Virus record (IMG/VR): IMGVR_UViG_3300033075_001196
Location: 60,388-124,387 of that record
DNA from: a virus
Lineage: Duplodnaviria > Caudoviricetes
Reading direction: 5' to 3' (one strand)
Length of the DNA: 64,000 nt
In this document: in pieces, positions 29,708 to 38,500 of the stretch
Numbering within the stretch: position 1 is the stretch's first letter
Layout of the letters: each line of letters starts with the position of its first letter
Notes under the pieces: model-generated
Database searches by the model: none
The model's input: only the letters and a program-made list of their open reading frames with translations
What the model was told of the DNA's origin: nothing
Program-made: the position numbers and the translations under genes

Positions 29708-30226
29708 TTATAATTTAATTTTAAAACCTCGATCTCTTAAATATAATAATGCCTCAGCATTACCTTTGGCATCATCTACTGGATGATGGGTATGAGATGT
29801 CTTTCTATGTTTCTTCCATTTATAATGAGAATCATTCATAAACCCACAATATAAATCTCCTATTCTTCTACTTGACCAACCAAATGGATTCCTTCCATAA
29901 AACATATGAAAATAATAATTAATAAATGCAAAATCATATGAATTATTATCTGAAATGAATATTGGTTGGCCTGGAATATTATGATTTATCCACTCAGCAA
30001 ATTTATTCATTATAATAGTAGGATCATCAAATTTTAAATGCTGGTCTCTTGTAATTCCAGATATATCTAATGAGTCTGGATCCCATTTATCTGAAATGGG
30101 TTTTACTTCACCATAAAATGTCTTATCTAATTGATTATCAACGATTACAGCACCAAAACATACCATACTATATGGTCCGGGAATTGGCCCATCCGATTCA
30201 ACATCTACAACTATATATTTGGCCAT
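29708..30226 (-). CDS. DEDDh 3'-5' exonuclease (second copy)
   Basis: VDVESDGP, YDF, HHPVDDA. Confidence 0.85.
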   Translation of the reverse strand: MAKYIVVDVESDGPIPGPYSMVCFGAVIVDNQLDKTFYGEVKPISDKWDPDSLDISGITRDQHLKFDDPTIIMNKFAEWINHNIPGQPIFISDNNSYDFAFINYYFHMFYGRNPFGWSSRRIGDLYCGFMNDSHYKWKKHRKTSHTHHPVDDAKGNAEALLYLRDRGFKIKL

Positions 30227-30264
30227 AACTTATTGATTATGAATGATTTTTAAATTTCATGTCA

Positions 30265-30296
30265 TAAAGGTATAAATTAAATTTCAATTGACCAAA
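30265..30296 (-). promoter_or_regulatory. Bacteroidota-type promoter (TTTG-N20-TACCTTTA)
   Basis: Same architecture, directly after a terminator. Confidence 0.65.
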
Positions 30297-30304
30297 TTTA
30301 ACAT

Positions 30305-30333
30305 AAAAAAAGGAGATATTTCTATCCCCCTTT
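30305..30333 (-). terminator. Intrinsic terminator after the histone-like gene
   Basis: Sense strand AAAGGGGGATA-GAAA-TATCTCCTTTTTTT. Confidence 0.75.
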
Positions 30334-30354
30334 CTTTGCATTCTCATAATATTA

Positions 30355-30546
30355 TTAGGCCTTTGCAGCTTTTCTAGCATTCTTTTCAGCCTGGACTTCA
30401 ACGCGTACCTCCTGCGCTAATTTCTTAATACTTTGCATGGCAGCTCTTACTCTACCTCCTGCAGCATTATTGCCCTCGAAAAACTTTACTACATCACCTT
30501 CACAGTCGGTGACTAACTGTTTGATTGCTTCAAAATTTGAATTCAT
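30355..30546 (-). CDS. Histone H1-like (Hc1-type) DNA-binding protein, 63 aa (start ATG 30546)
   Basis: KFFEGNNAAGGRVR..MQSIK.LAQEVR, typical of Hc1-like proteins; the longer track ORF overlaps the upstream gene. Confidence 0.75.
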   Translation of the reverse strand: MNSNFEAIKQLVTDCEGDVVKFFEGNNAAGGRVRAAMQSIKKLAQEVRVEVQAEKNARKAAKA

Positions 30547-30604
30547 TTGAAATTGATTTAAAAATGTTAATAAATAATTTTTATATAATAAATATAGTTT
30601 TGGA

Positions 30605-31159
30605 TTAGATTTTTTGTAATAACGTAAATGAAAGCGGTTCGGCTCCTGATCCTCTTGACCATCTTCCTCTAAATAAATAGAACCAAGCCCCCTCACTTCC
30701 GTTTATTAAATCTTTTGCACACATATATGAGTGATATCCATATTCATTTTTATTTTGCAAATCTTCCAAAGTCTTTAAAGACGAAACTTTGTAATATTTT
30801 AAACATTCTTTGACTGTTTTAAATGCAATTTTTCCATTCTTTTTAAACTGGTCTCCATATTTAGTAGAATCATCAGTTATTCCCAAAAATTCATATATAC
30901 CTGCTCCTTGGTTGTGTTGGTTATATGATCCCATAAAAATATCGCCCGGTTTTAATTCAGTTGATTTTATAGATTTAATTGCTTTAAAATTTCCTTTTTT
31001 AGTGCGTATAATTTCCCCACCTTTAGCTGCATCAACCGCTGCGAGTGCACCCGGAGTTTTCATGAAACCAGAAGTCATGGAATCCAAATCTGGGGCTTCT
31101 TTAATTAATTTCCTAACGTACTCTTTTACTAATTTTCTTTGTTTGGTTGTTAGTTTCAT
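30605..31159 (-). CDS. Hypothetical protein, possibly head-packaged
   Basis: N-terminal KLVKEYVRKLIKE-A; preceded by ATATTTAT and AGGA. Confidence 0.65.
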   Translation of the reverse strand: MKLTTKQRKLVKEYVRKLIKEAPDLDSMTSGFMKTPGALAAVDAAKGGEIIRTKKGNFKAIKSIKSTELKPGDIFMGSYNQHNQGAGIYEFLGITDDSTKYGDQFKKNGKIAFKTVKECLKYYKVSSLKTLEDLQNKNEYGYHSYMCAKDLINGSEGAWFYLFRGRWSRGSGAEPLSFTLLQKI

Positions 31160-31212
31160 TTTATTCCTATTTTAATATAAATATAAACCAAAAAAATAAT
31201 AAATATAGTTTT

Positions 31213-33069
31213 TTATTTAATTTCACAACCATCAGGTCCACAAGCTATTTCTCCACTAAGATCCGTATTGTCCTCCATCTCAAGTACTTTTGATAAATCT
31301 ATATCATGCAATGATTCAGATAATCTATTATATTCGTCTTCAGTAATATCTTCGAAAGGAGTCTGTTTATAAGATCCTCCGTCGTACGGCAGTACTGATA
31401 TTCCATTGTAAATTTCCCGATTCTCCCATAACCATTCACCTATTGCATACCATTCATGATCTTTAATATTTACTGTTACTGATACATTATGGTAATTACT
31501 TCCTGTTCTGTGGCCTGGTTTTATCCAATCAGTTTGAATACGTTTAACTCTATCTAATAACTGCAATGGTGACTCATACCTCAAGGAAGATCCAATTGGT
31601 GCTTTTTGTGGCACACAAATAATTGCTGTATCATGTGGTCTAAAGAAATCATCTTCAAGTAATTGTGGGTGATTTTCTAATAAGTATTTATATATAGCTT
31701 CATTCTTATTGACTCTCATTCTTCTTAAATAAAAATCATTAAACCAAGCATGAATTCCTGAGCTAGTTCCTAATACTATACTGGTAGTTCCTGAAGGTTT
31801 TATTGTATTGCATCTTGCGGCTTTATTGATACCAATAATTGCTGCCACCCTTTCGTTTTCCTCTTTAACAATTTTCGCAGCTTCCTTAATATTATATTTA
31901 AAAATTTCATTTGATGCAATTCCCGTCATTCCAATTCCAATTAAAGCTTCTCGTTCTGTATTCCTTTTCCAAATTGGCCTTAAATAATGAAAATCTGTAT
32001 ATGACGCTTGAAGAGTCCCAATAAATGCTGCTGCTCTAGATCTATTATTAAAATCTTCTTGAGATTCAATATCACTTGCATTAATTTCACAAAGATTACA
32101 AAATTGATTTCTGATTAGGGAAATTTCTGCGCAAGGATTAGTCGCAATGTCCTTATCATTAGTAAAAAATATCCCTGGTTCACCTGCTCCTGACGCTTCA
32201 ATCCTTTTCCATAAATCTAAAAAGAAATCTTTAGTAATTTTATGTCTCAATAAAACTACTGAATTATTAGCTCTTCCTCTTTGAGGATTATTCTCCCACC
32301 AATTTCCGGATTTAGCTGCCAGCATATCATCATCATCTGCATTAAATAATGATATTAATGCCGCTCTTCTTATTCCACCAGCTAATACTGCGTCTGCTTC
32401 ATGGCATATTATATCATGGCATTCAATTGGAGTTAATTGATCTCCATCTTTTTTAGCAGATAATATTCCTTCTATTTTTACCAAACATTCTTTCAATGGT
32501 TGAGCTCCAGGAGCCTTTCCACCTGAAGTAATTAATCTAGAGCCTTTAGGTCGAATATCTCTAAAATCAAATTGTATTGTACTTCCACCGCTGTAATATG
32601 ATTTTATTAATATTTTTATCGCATCTGCCCAACCTTCTATACTATCTGCAACTAGCCACCTTCGTGTTTTATCTTTGTTTGGTTTTCTAATATCTGGCAG
32701 TTGCTCTACTTGATGTTTTTGGACTCCAAATCCAACTCCGCACCCACTTAATAAAAGGAACATAATTTCAGAAAAGGCTGCAATATTATCTATTGGAAGA
32801 TATGCACAATTAAATATTCTATTTGGGGTTATTTCAATTGGTTTTCCTGCAAATTGCAATGATCTCATTGAAGGCAATACCTTCTTATCATAGACAAATT
32901 TATATGCCTCATTAATTTCATTTGCTAAATGAGGAAATTTAAAAACATGCATTTCTTTATTTCGATCAACAATTTCTTCCCACGTTTCTCTTCTCTTTAA
33001 TTTATCATTATACTTAGCATACTTCATATGTATTGCTAAATCTGACATAATTTTGTGATTTAAATCCAT
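31213..33069 (-). CDS. nrdJ: Class II (adenosylcobalamin-dependent) ribonucleotide reductase
   Basis: RETWEE, PSMRSL, FNC, GGIRRAA, NPCAEI, CNL, TIKPSGT, C-terminal CGPDGC. Confidence 0.93.
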   Translation of the reverse strand: MDLNHKIMSDLAIHMKYAKYNDKLKRRETWEEIVDRNKEMHVFKFPHLANEINEAYKFVYDKKVLPSMRSLQFAGKPIEITPNRIFNCAYLPIDNIAAFSEIMFLLLSGCGVGFGVQKHQVEQLPDIRKPNKDKTRRWLVADSIEGWADAIKILIKSYYSGGSTIQFDFRDIRPKGSRLITSGGKAPGAQPLKECLVKIEGILSAKKDGDQLTPIECHDIICHEADAVLAGGIRRAALISLFNADDDDMLAAKSGNWWENNPQRGRANNSVVLLRHKITKDFFLDLWKRIEASGAGEPGIFFTNDKDIATNPCAEISLIRNQFCNLCEINASDIESQEDFNNRSRAAAFIGTLQASYTDFHYLRPIWKRNTEREALIGIGMTGIASNEIFKYNIKEAAKIVKEENERVAAIIGINKAARCNTIKPSGTTSIVLGTSSGIHAWFNDFYLRRMRVNKNEAIYKYLLENHPQLLEDDFFRPHDTAIICVPQKAPIGSSLRYESPLQLLDRVKRIQTDWIKPGHRTGSNYHNVSVTVNIKDHEWYAIGEWLWENREIYNGISVLPYDGGSYKQTPFEDITEDEYNRLSESLHDIDLSKVLEMEDNTDLSGEIACGPDGCEIK

Positions 33070-33624
33070 TTATATTTCCTTTTTATTTTTTGTTATTATA
33101 ATTTCTGTTGGATATTTTTCAACTACTTTAAAGTCCTTTGGTGTAAATTTTTCAATCAATCGTTTTGAAAAGTAATACCTTTGCGAGTCAACTGGTTTAA
33201 ATATTAATTTATTGCAATATGACAAATGCTCTTCAAAGAATGGTATTATTTCATCTCTATATATTTTTGCTATTGTATTACTCCTTTTATCCCAATCCTG
33301 TGATGATGAATTTGATGGCAATTCTTGATATATTGGTTTATCATTTTCATCATACCACCAAGTTTTAAGTTCAAAATATGGATCTGCTACTGGTTGGTAT
33401 GTAATTCTAACATCATAAATATTTCCTACTACATCTGAATACCTAAACCATCCCTTTCCCACTTTTCTATATTCATATGAATTGTTTGGATTCAATAATT
33501 CAACAAGTGTAATATATGTCTCAAATAAATTTCTTTCGAGCACATTAAATTCCTTTCCTTCAAGTAGTTCTAATCTAATTATTTCTTTTTTTAGGAAATC
33601 AAAATATATTTCTGTTAGCTTCAT
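33070..33624 (-). CDS. Hypothetical protein
   Basis: 184-aa ORF. Confidence 0.7.
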   Translation of the reverse strand: MKLTEIYFDFLKKEIIRLELLEGKEFNVLERNLFETYITLVELLNPNNSYEYRKVGKGWFRYSDVVGNIYDVRITYQPVADPYFELKTWWYDENDKPIYQELPSNSSSQDWDKRSNTIAKIYRDEIIPFFEEHLSYCNKLIFKPVDSQRYYFSKRLIEKFTPKDFKVVEKYPTEIIITKNKKEI

Positions 33625-33626
33625 TT

Positions 33627-34466
33627 TTATACTCCTGTTAATTTATCATACGCACTGACGTGCAACCTTGTCAAGCCAATAAAACCATATTTCTTGGACA
33701 TTTCTAAAACAAAATGGGTTCGTTCGTGAAAGTTATCTCTACTTACTAATCCAGGCATACAACACACATTTTGTAGTGGTATGTTAAACGGTTTAATATA
33801 TGTTTCAAACATTTCAAATATATCATCTTCATTTGTAATTACAAATTTAAATTGATAATTTGTGTGTTCCATAATTCTCTTAATTGATAATGGGACTATT
33901 CTTTGTTTTTCAGTCATTCCACTATTAGATAATTTTGGAGAACAATTAATTTGATCTAATATATTAAATAAATCGTCATGAATATAATTTCTACCATTAG
34001 TTTCTATTTCATGATATACTTTGCATTTTTGACCGCCATTGTCATATAGTTGCCAAAACCTATCAAAATTTATAATTGATTCTTGATGTTGTCTAATTGT
34101 TGGCTCACCACCAGTCCATATTAAATGAATTAATCCATTTCTGATATTATCATATAACCCTTCTTCTTTCCATCCATTAATTAATTCTTCAAATTCAACA
34201 TAATTTCCTCTTAACCAAACAGGAGTAGTATCACAGCTCCAAGTTGCCTTTCCTTCCTTTTCTAAATCACCAATAAATGCATCATTTAAATCAGGATTAA
34301 TCTCTCCCTTTTTAATTTTATTTATGTATTGAATACTAGAGCCACATTGAAGATCACAAGTAGTTAATCTAATAAAATAAGAAGGGACTCCACTCGATTT
34401 GCCCTCTCCCTGAATACTGTAGAATTTTTCTGACAGAAGGAACTTATTTGGTAATATTTTTGTCAT
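33627..34466 (-). CDS. queE: 7-carboxy-7-deazaguanine synthase (radical SAM)
   Basis: FYSIQGEG, FIRLTTCDLQC..(insertion)..CDT, TGGEP, EIETNG, SPKL, FKFV, RLH. Confidence 0.9.
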   Translation of the reverse strand: MTKILPNKFLLSEKFYSIQGEGKSSGVPSYFIRLTTCDLQCGSSIQYINKIKKGEINPDLNDAFIGDLEKEGKATWSCDTTPVWLRGNYVEFEELINGWKEEGLYDNIRNGLIHLIWTGGEPTIRQHQESIINFDRFWQLYDNGGQKCKVYHEIETNGRNYIHDDLFNILDQINCSPKLSNSGMTEKQRIVPLSIKRIMEHTNYQFKFVITNEDDIFEMFETYIKPFNIPLQNVCCMPGLVSRDNFHERTHFVLEMSKKYGFIGLTRLHVSAYDKLTGV

Positions 34467-34472
34467 AATTTT

Positions 34473-34712
34473 TTATTTAAGATCTACTGGAGTTAACGTT
34501 CCATCTTCTATGGATTTTCTAATCCACCGCATGAAATAAATTGCTTTATCAGTAGCTAATAATGTAGCCGTACCAATATCGTGTAATGGAACTTGAAATA
34601 AATATTCATTTGTGGTGTCTGGTTCACCTATTACATAATAGAAAATACCTGCCCTGAATGAGTCGAAAGCCACAATATTGTTTTTTATAAGATTTGTTAA
34701 ATTTACATCCAT
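34473..34712 (-). CDS. Hypothetical protein (start probably ATG 34712)
   Basis: MDVNL...FMRWIRK; this start avoids overlap with the upstream ORF. Confidence 0.65.
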   Translation of the reverse strand: MDVNLTNLIKNNIVAFDSFRAGIFYYVIGEPDTTNEYLFQVPLHDIGTATLLATDKAIYFMRWIRKSIEDGTLTPVDLK

Positions 34713-34713
34713 A

Positions 34714-35262
34714 TTATTTATATTTTTGAATTGTATAATCATATCTTGCACATAATGCATTCCAATCGGGCACCTCATATTGTTTGTAAATACCTATAAT
34801 TTCACCTGTAATTTTACTAAAACTGATTTTTATCGCTTTTAATTTTTCATGAACACTTTTAGGTATTAATAAAAAATGAGTTTTATCTGTAAACGGGTTA
34901 TACGAAATTACTCTCAAGAGTCCTATTTTATTCGCTATTTTAGTAACTACTGCACAATGTTGTGTTTGTACATTATACTTCCCAGTTCTTACTTTATTTT
35001 TAATTAACCATGTCTTATTTGTTTTACATTGTACAGTGGTTGTTTTAACATCACTTCCATCTTCAAGATCCATTCCATATCCTATACTATCCATTGGGAT
35101 ACCAGATGTTCTACTTATTGCTAATTCTGCCACCTGTGTGCCATTAACGAGGTTGTCTGCGATTAATCGTTCAACTGTTATCCCTCCCTCTGGATAGGCT
35201 TTTTGTAAACAAAATTGTATTAATCTGATATTATGATGTGTGTTTTTTGCTAAAGTGTGCAT
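34714..35262 (-). CDS. Hypothetical protein, possible restriction-endonuclease-like fold
   Basis: E..D..DxK spacing (AELAI..MDLEDGSDVK); weak. Confidence 0.4.
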   Translation of the reverse strand: MHTLAKNTHHNIRLIQFCLQKAYPEGGITVERLIADNLVNGTQVAELAISRTSGIPMDSIGYGMDLEDGSDVKTTTVQCKTNKTWLIKNKVRTGKYNVQTQHCAVVTKIANKIGLLRVISYNPFTDKTHFLLIPKSVHEKLKAIKISFSKITGEIIGIYKQYEVPDWNALCARYDYTIQKYK

Positions 35263-35264
35263 CT

Positions 35265-35654
35265 TTAATATTTAATAGTTACATCAGCGATTTCAACTCT
35301 TTCACCAAATATTGATTCTAGATTTTCTTTAAAAATTGTTTCTAGCCTGGAAACTATGTAATCAATTTCCATTTCATCTTCATGTGTATCAATATCGCCA
35401 TAGGTATATGCCATACACTTAAAATCAAAATTGGACAATTCATCATATATTTTAAAATTAGTATCCAATTTTTCTATGAAAATTGCACCATCAACCATAC
35501 TTCTAATATATTCCTCAACAGAAGAATTATTAATTTGAAATGATTCTACATCATTTGGAATATACAATATAGATATATGCCCAACAATAAAATTAACTGG
35601 TTTATTTCTAAGCTTAAGCCCCAAAACTAAGTTTGGTATGTGATATAACTTCAT
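35265..35654 (-). CDS. Hypothetical protein
   Basis: 129-aa ORF behind a promoter motif. Confidence 0.65.
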   Translation of the reverse strand: MKLYHIPNLVLGLKLRNKPVNFIVGHISILYIPNDVESFQINNSSVEEYIRSMVDGAIFIEKLDTNFKIYDELSNFDFKCMAYTYGDIDTHEDEMEIDYIVSRLETIFKENLESIFGERVEIADVTIKY

Positions 35655-35669
35655 GTTATAATTTTAATA

Positions 35670-35701
35670 TTAAAATAATAAAACTTTAATTAATAAACAA
35701 A
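35670..35701 (-). promoter_or_regulatory. Bacteroidota-type promoter (TTTG-N20-TATTTTAA)
   Basis: Repeated motif with constant spacing. Confidence 0.55.
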
Positions 35702-35708
35702 TATTTAA

Positions 35709-36059
35709 TTATTTATCTTTATTAATTTTCTTTGGCGAATCAACTTCTGCAGTTGGAGATTCTGTAACTTCTTCTGATTTAATTGACTTTTTAGACATTT
35801 TAATACCTAAAAAATTTGGGTCACCTTCTGAATGTTTAGCAATTACCGCTAAATGATTCTTAGCTTCAACTTTATCACCGACCCTGGATATGATTTCTTT
35901 AATCACATTTATCATTTTAACATCACCATTTGATCCAGCTGGATATGATGCGAAAACTTCCATTGGATCCGTTACTGCATTTGATTGGTGCATTTCCAAT
36001 TCTTCTACACCAACATAAAAATGTCGAGTAGGTATGTGCGTGACTTTGTATGTATACAT
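35709..36059 (-). CDS. Hypothetical protein (degenerate GIY-YIG-like N-terminus)
   Basis: YTYKVT..FYVG. Confidence 0.55.
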   Translation of the reverse strand: MYTYKVTHIPTRHFYVGVEELEMHQSNAVTDPMEVFASYPAGSNGDVKMINVIKEIISRVGDKVEAKNHLAVIAKHSEGDPNFLGIKMSKKSIKSEEVTESPTAEVDSPKKINKDK

Positions 36060-36082
36060 TTTTTATCCTTTATTATAATTAT

Positions 36083-37462
36083 TTACCAACCTGGTTTTTT
36101 ATCTTGTTTTGAAAATAGTTCTGCATATCTTTTCTTTGCATTACTTTTATTAAATTCATTATCTGATTGCATTTTCGCGGAGGTCTTCTTTCCATCCTCA
36201 GATACTTCATCATATATTTCTATAGCACCGCGATTTGTATCCATCATTACTGGAAAGGTCATCCCATCTGCACCAAATCTGTTTTTAATAACATGCATTC
36301 TAGCAGTGTTTGCTAATTTATCTTGTCTCTTTCTTGATAATGATGCTACAAAATCCGCTGGAAAGATTTTTGAATAAGCTGAAGATATTTTATTTGCTTC
36401 TAAAACATCAGCATCCAATCCTTCCCTATTAGCTTGAGACACCGTCCAAACTGGAACCTGCAATTCGCCTGCAAATCCTTTAAGGTCTTCATATAGTGAT
36501 TTCAATATATGTTCTTCTTTATCAGAAGTGCCAGTATATTTTAATAAATCAGCATAATCAATCACTATTAAATCAGGAACTATGCCAATCAACTTTGATT
36601 TCTCAATATGTGCTCTAAGTCCCATTAATGATATTGATCTCATTGGATACCATTTGATATACAATTTACCTGGAACATCTTTTAGAATTTCCGGCAATCT
36701 ATCCTTATGTATTGGCAATTTATCTAGAGATATTCCTGATATGACTGCATCATATCTTAATCCACTATATGATTCATTTAATTCCAATGAATAATGAAAC
36801 ACAGTATAATTGTGTTTTATAGCGTGTGCTCCAATATTGGTCAATATCCATGATTTTCCACCTCCAGATGACGCTACAAATACTCCTAATTCTCCAGCAG
36901 ATAATCCACCTTTAAGTAATGTGTCTAATACTGGCCAACCAGTAGGTATTGGACTTCTAGCATCTGTTGTGTATCTAGGTTCAATATCTTCTAGATAATC
37001 TAAACCAATATTATTGGACATTCCAACTTTAAGAGCCCGGTCAATAATTTCCTTTATTGCATCATATTTCTCAAGTTTTAAATATTCAACCGATTGTAAA
37101 ATAGCTGATTTTAATTCTTGATTCTTACAAAATGATACTGTTTCGTTTTTTACAAATTCTAAATCTGACGCATCTATTTGTTTAATAGATTCTCGAAGAG
37201 TACTGATTATCTCCTGCCTTAATAGCTCATCATCAACCCTGTCTGTATATACTTTTAGTACATCTATGGTTGGAATTTTCTTATACTCATTATAATAAGT
37301 AAAACATTTCTTTACTATCCATTTAATTGATGCTGATTCAAAGTATTCTTCTTTAAGTATATCATATACCTGACTTATGAATACTACATCAGTTAATACT
37401 GATCCAATTAATTTGGTTTGAAATGAATGTCCATACTTACTAATCGAATCACGACTTTCCAT
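36083..37462 (-). CDS. Replicative DnaB-like helicase (gp41-like)
   Basis: IPTGW..LD..GGL..GEL, SGGGKS, SLEL, IDYADL, SQANR, KNRFG. Confidence 0.93.
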   Translation of the reverse strand: MESRDSISKYGHSFQTKLIGSVLTDVVFISQVYDILKEEYFESASIKWIVKKCFTYYNEYKKIPTIDVLKVYTDRVDDELLRQEIISTLRESIKQIDASDLEFVKNETVSFCKNQELKSAILQSVEYLKLEKYDAIKEIIDRALKVGMSNNIGLDYLEDIEPRYTTDARSPIPTGWPVLDTLLKGGLSAGELGVFVASSGGGKSWILTNIGAHAIKHNYTVFHYSLELNESYSGLRYDAVISGISLDKLPIHKDRLPEILKDVPGKLYIKWYPMRSISLMGLRAHIEKSKLIGIVPDLIVIDYADLLKYTGTSDKEEHILKSLYEDLKGFAGELQVPVWTVSQANREGLDADVLEANKISSAYSKIFPADFVASLSRKRQDKLANTARMHVIKNRFGADGMTFPVMMDTNRGAIEIYDEVSEDGKKTSAKMQSDNEFNKSNAKKRYAELFSKQDKKPGW

Positions 37463-38500
37463 ATATTTCTAATCTATTGTAACTGTTGTGAAGCCAAGTG
37501 TGTGGATCCTTAATCATTGAATTTAATCCATCTTCAAAAAACATTTCTAAAAATTTCTTCTTATCTAAAGTGACATCATCTCTTATTTTATTCAATATAT
37601 TCAATTTAGCATGGGCTGATATATCTGTTACTCTTAGCTGCATCAATTGATAATTCAATTTAATTTTTTCTGTTGATTCCATTATAGTGGAATATATTTT
37701 TACTTTTGGAAATTCAATTGCCTTTAATTTTGTTATTTCTATAAATTCATCAACGCTTAATTCACTATTAATAAATTCAGGATATCTTTTTAACATTGTT
37801 TTCAATCCAATTCCATTTACTCCAGGAATATTATCAGATGCGTCTCCGATCAATGTTCTATAAATTAAATAATTTTTACTTAGAAAACCAAATTCCTTTT
37901 CAATTAATTGTCTTGTATATGATAGTTTTTTAATAGGACTCCATACTGTTACATCATCAGTCACCAACTGAAGAAAATCTCTGTCACTAGAGCAGATTGT
38001 AATTTTACTATTAAATTGTCTAAAATGTTCAATTAAATATGCTACCGAATCATCTGCTTCAATATTATCTACAACCACAACTGATATTGGTAATGTATCA
38101 AGATATTGAATTATTCTACTGAATTGGGCTTTCATTGATTTTTGTTCATCTATCAAATCTCGAAATTCATCATGGCGATTGAATCTTGTTGTATTTTTTC
38201 GATTGGCTTTATACTCAGGATATATTTTTCTACGCCTTTGGGATCCGCCGACCCCATCAAATACAACTATACATTTAGTTGGTAGCTCCTTTCGGATTAA
38301 TGCCCCAATTGATCTTAAAAATCCAACAACACCACCAACATGATCTCCATTATCATTTAATGATGGGACGTTGCTAAAAACACGAATAAAAGTGTTTGTC
38401 AGGTGCCGTCGATGATGAGAACTCTACTATTAGTAGTATATGGTTCTCCATCGACGGCATATAAATTGTTAAATATTGTTAATAAATGATCTTTATTCAT
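37449..38500 (-). CDS. 5'-3' exonuclease/flap endonuclease (T4 RNase H/PolI N-domain-like), split over two frames at 38404-38397; ~348 aa if joined
   Basis: Frame 1 from ATG 38500: ...RVLIIDGT-TGA; frame 2: (T)NTFIR..GGVVGFL..VVFDG..RRKIYPEYKANR..EADD..SSDRD..GDASDNIPGVNGIG. Confidence 0.9.
38404..38459 (-). other. Coding-region RNA hairpin (11+6+5 bp) ending at the frame break
   Basis: TGCCGTCGATG/CATCGACGGCA, GAGAAC/GTTCTC and TACTA/TAGTA inverted repeats. Confidence 0.9.

Noticed and set aside
30547-30696. Long N-terminal extensions in track ORFs (histone-like; similarly capsid, chaperone, 14850 and 34473 ORFs)
   Set aside because: They overlap upstream genes or regulatory motifs; downstream ATGs fit better
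37449-38156. FEN as a simple 235-aa gene starting at TTG 38156
   Set aside because: This start would omit the conserved DG.N, FDG and YKANR motifs that are intact upstream
38355-38401. UGA readthrough or stop-codon reassignment as explanation of the FEN break
   Set aside because: Readthrough stays in the wrong frame and hits TAA after 13 more codons; TGA and TAG end many other genes normally, so the standard code applies
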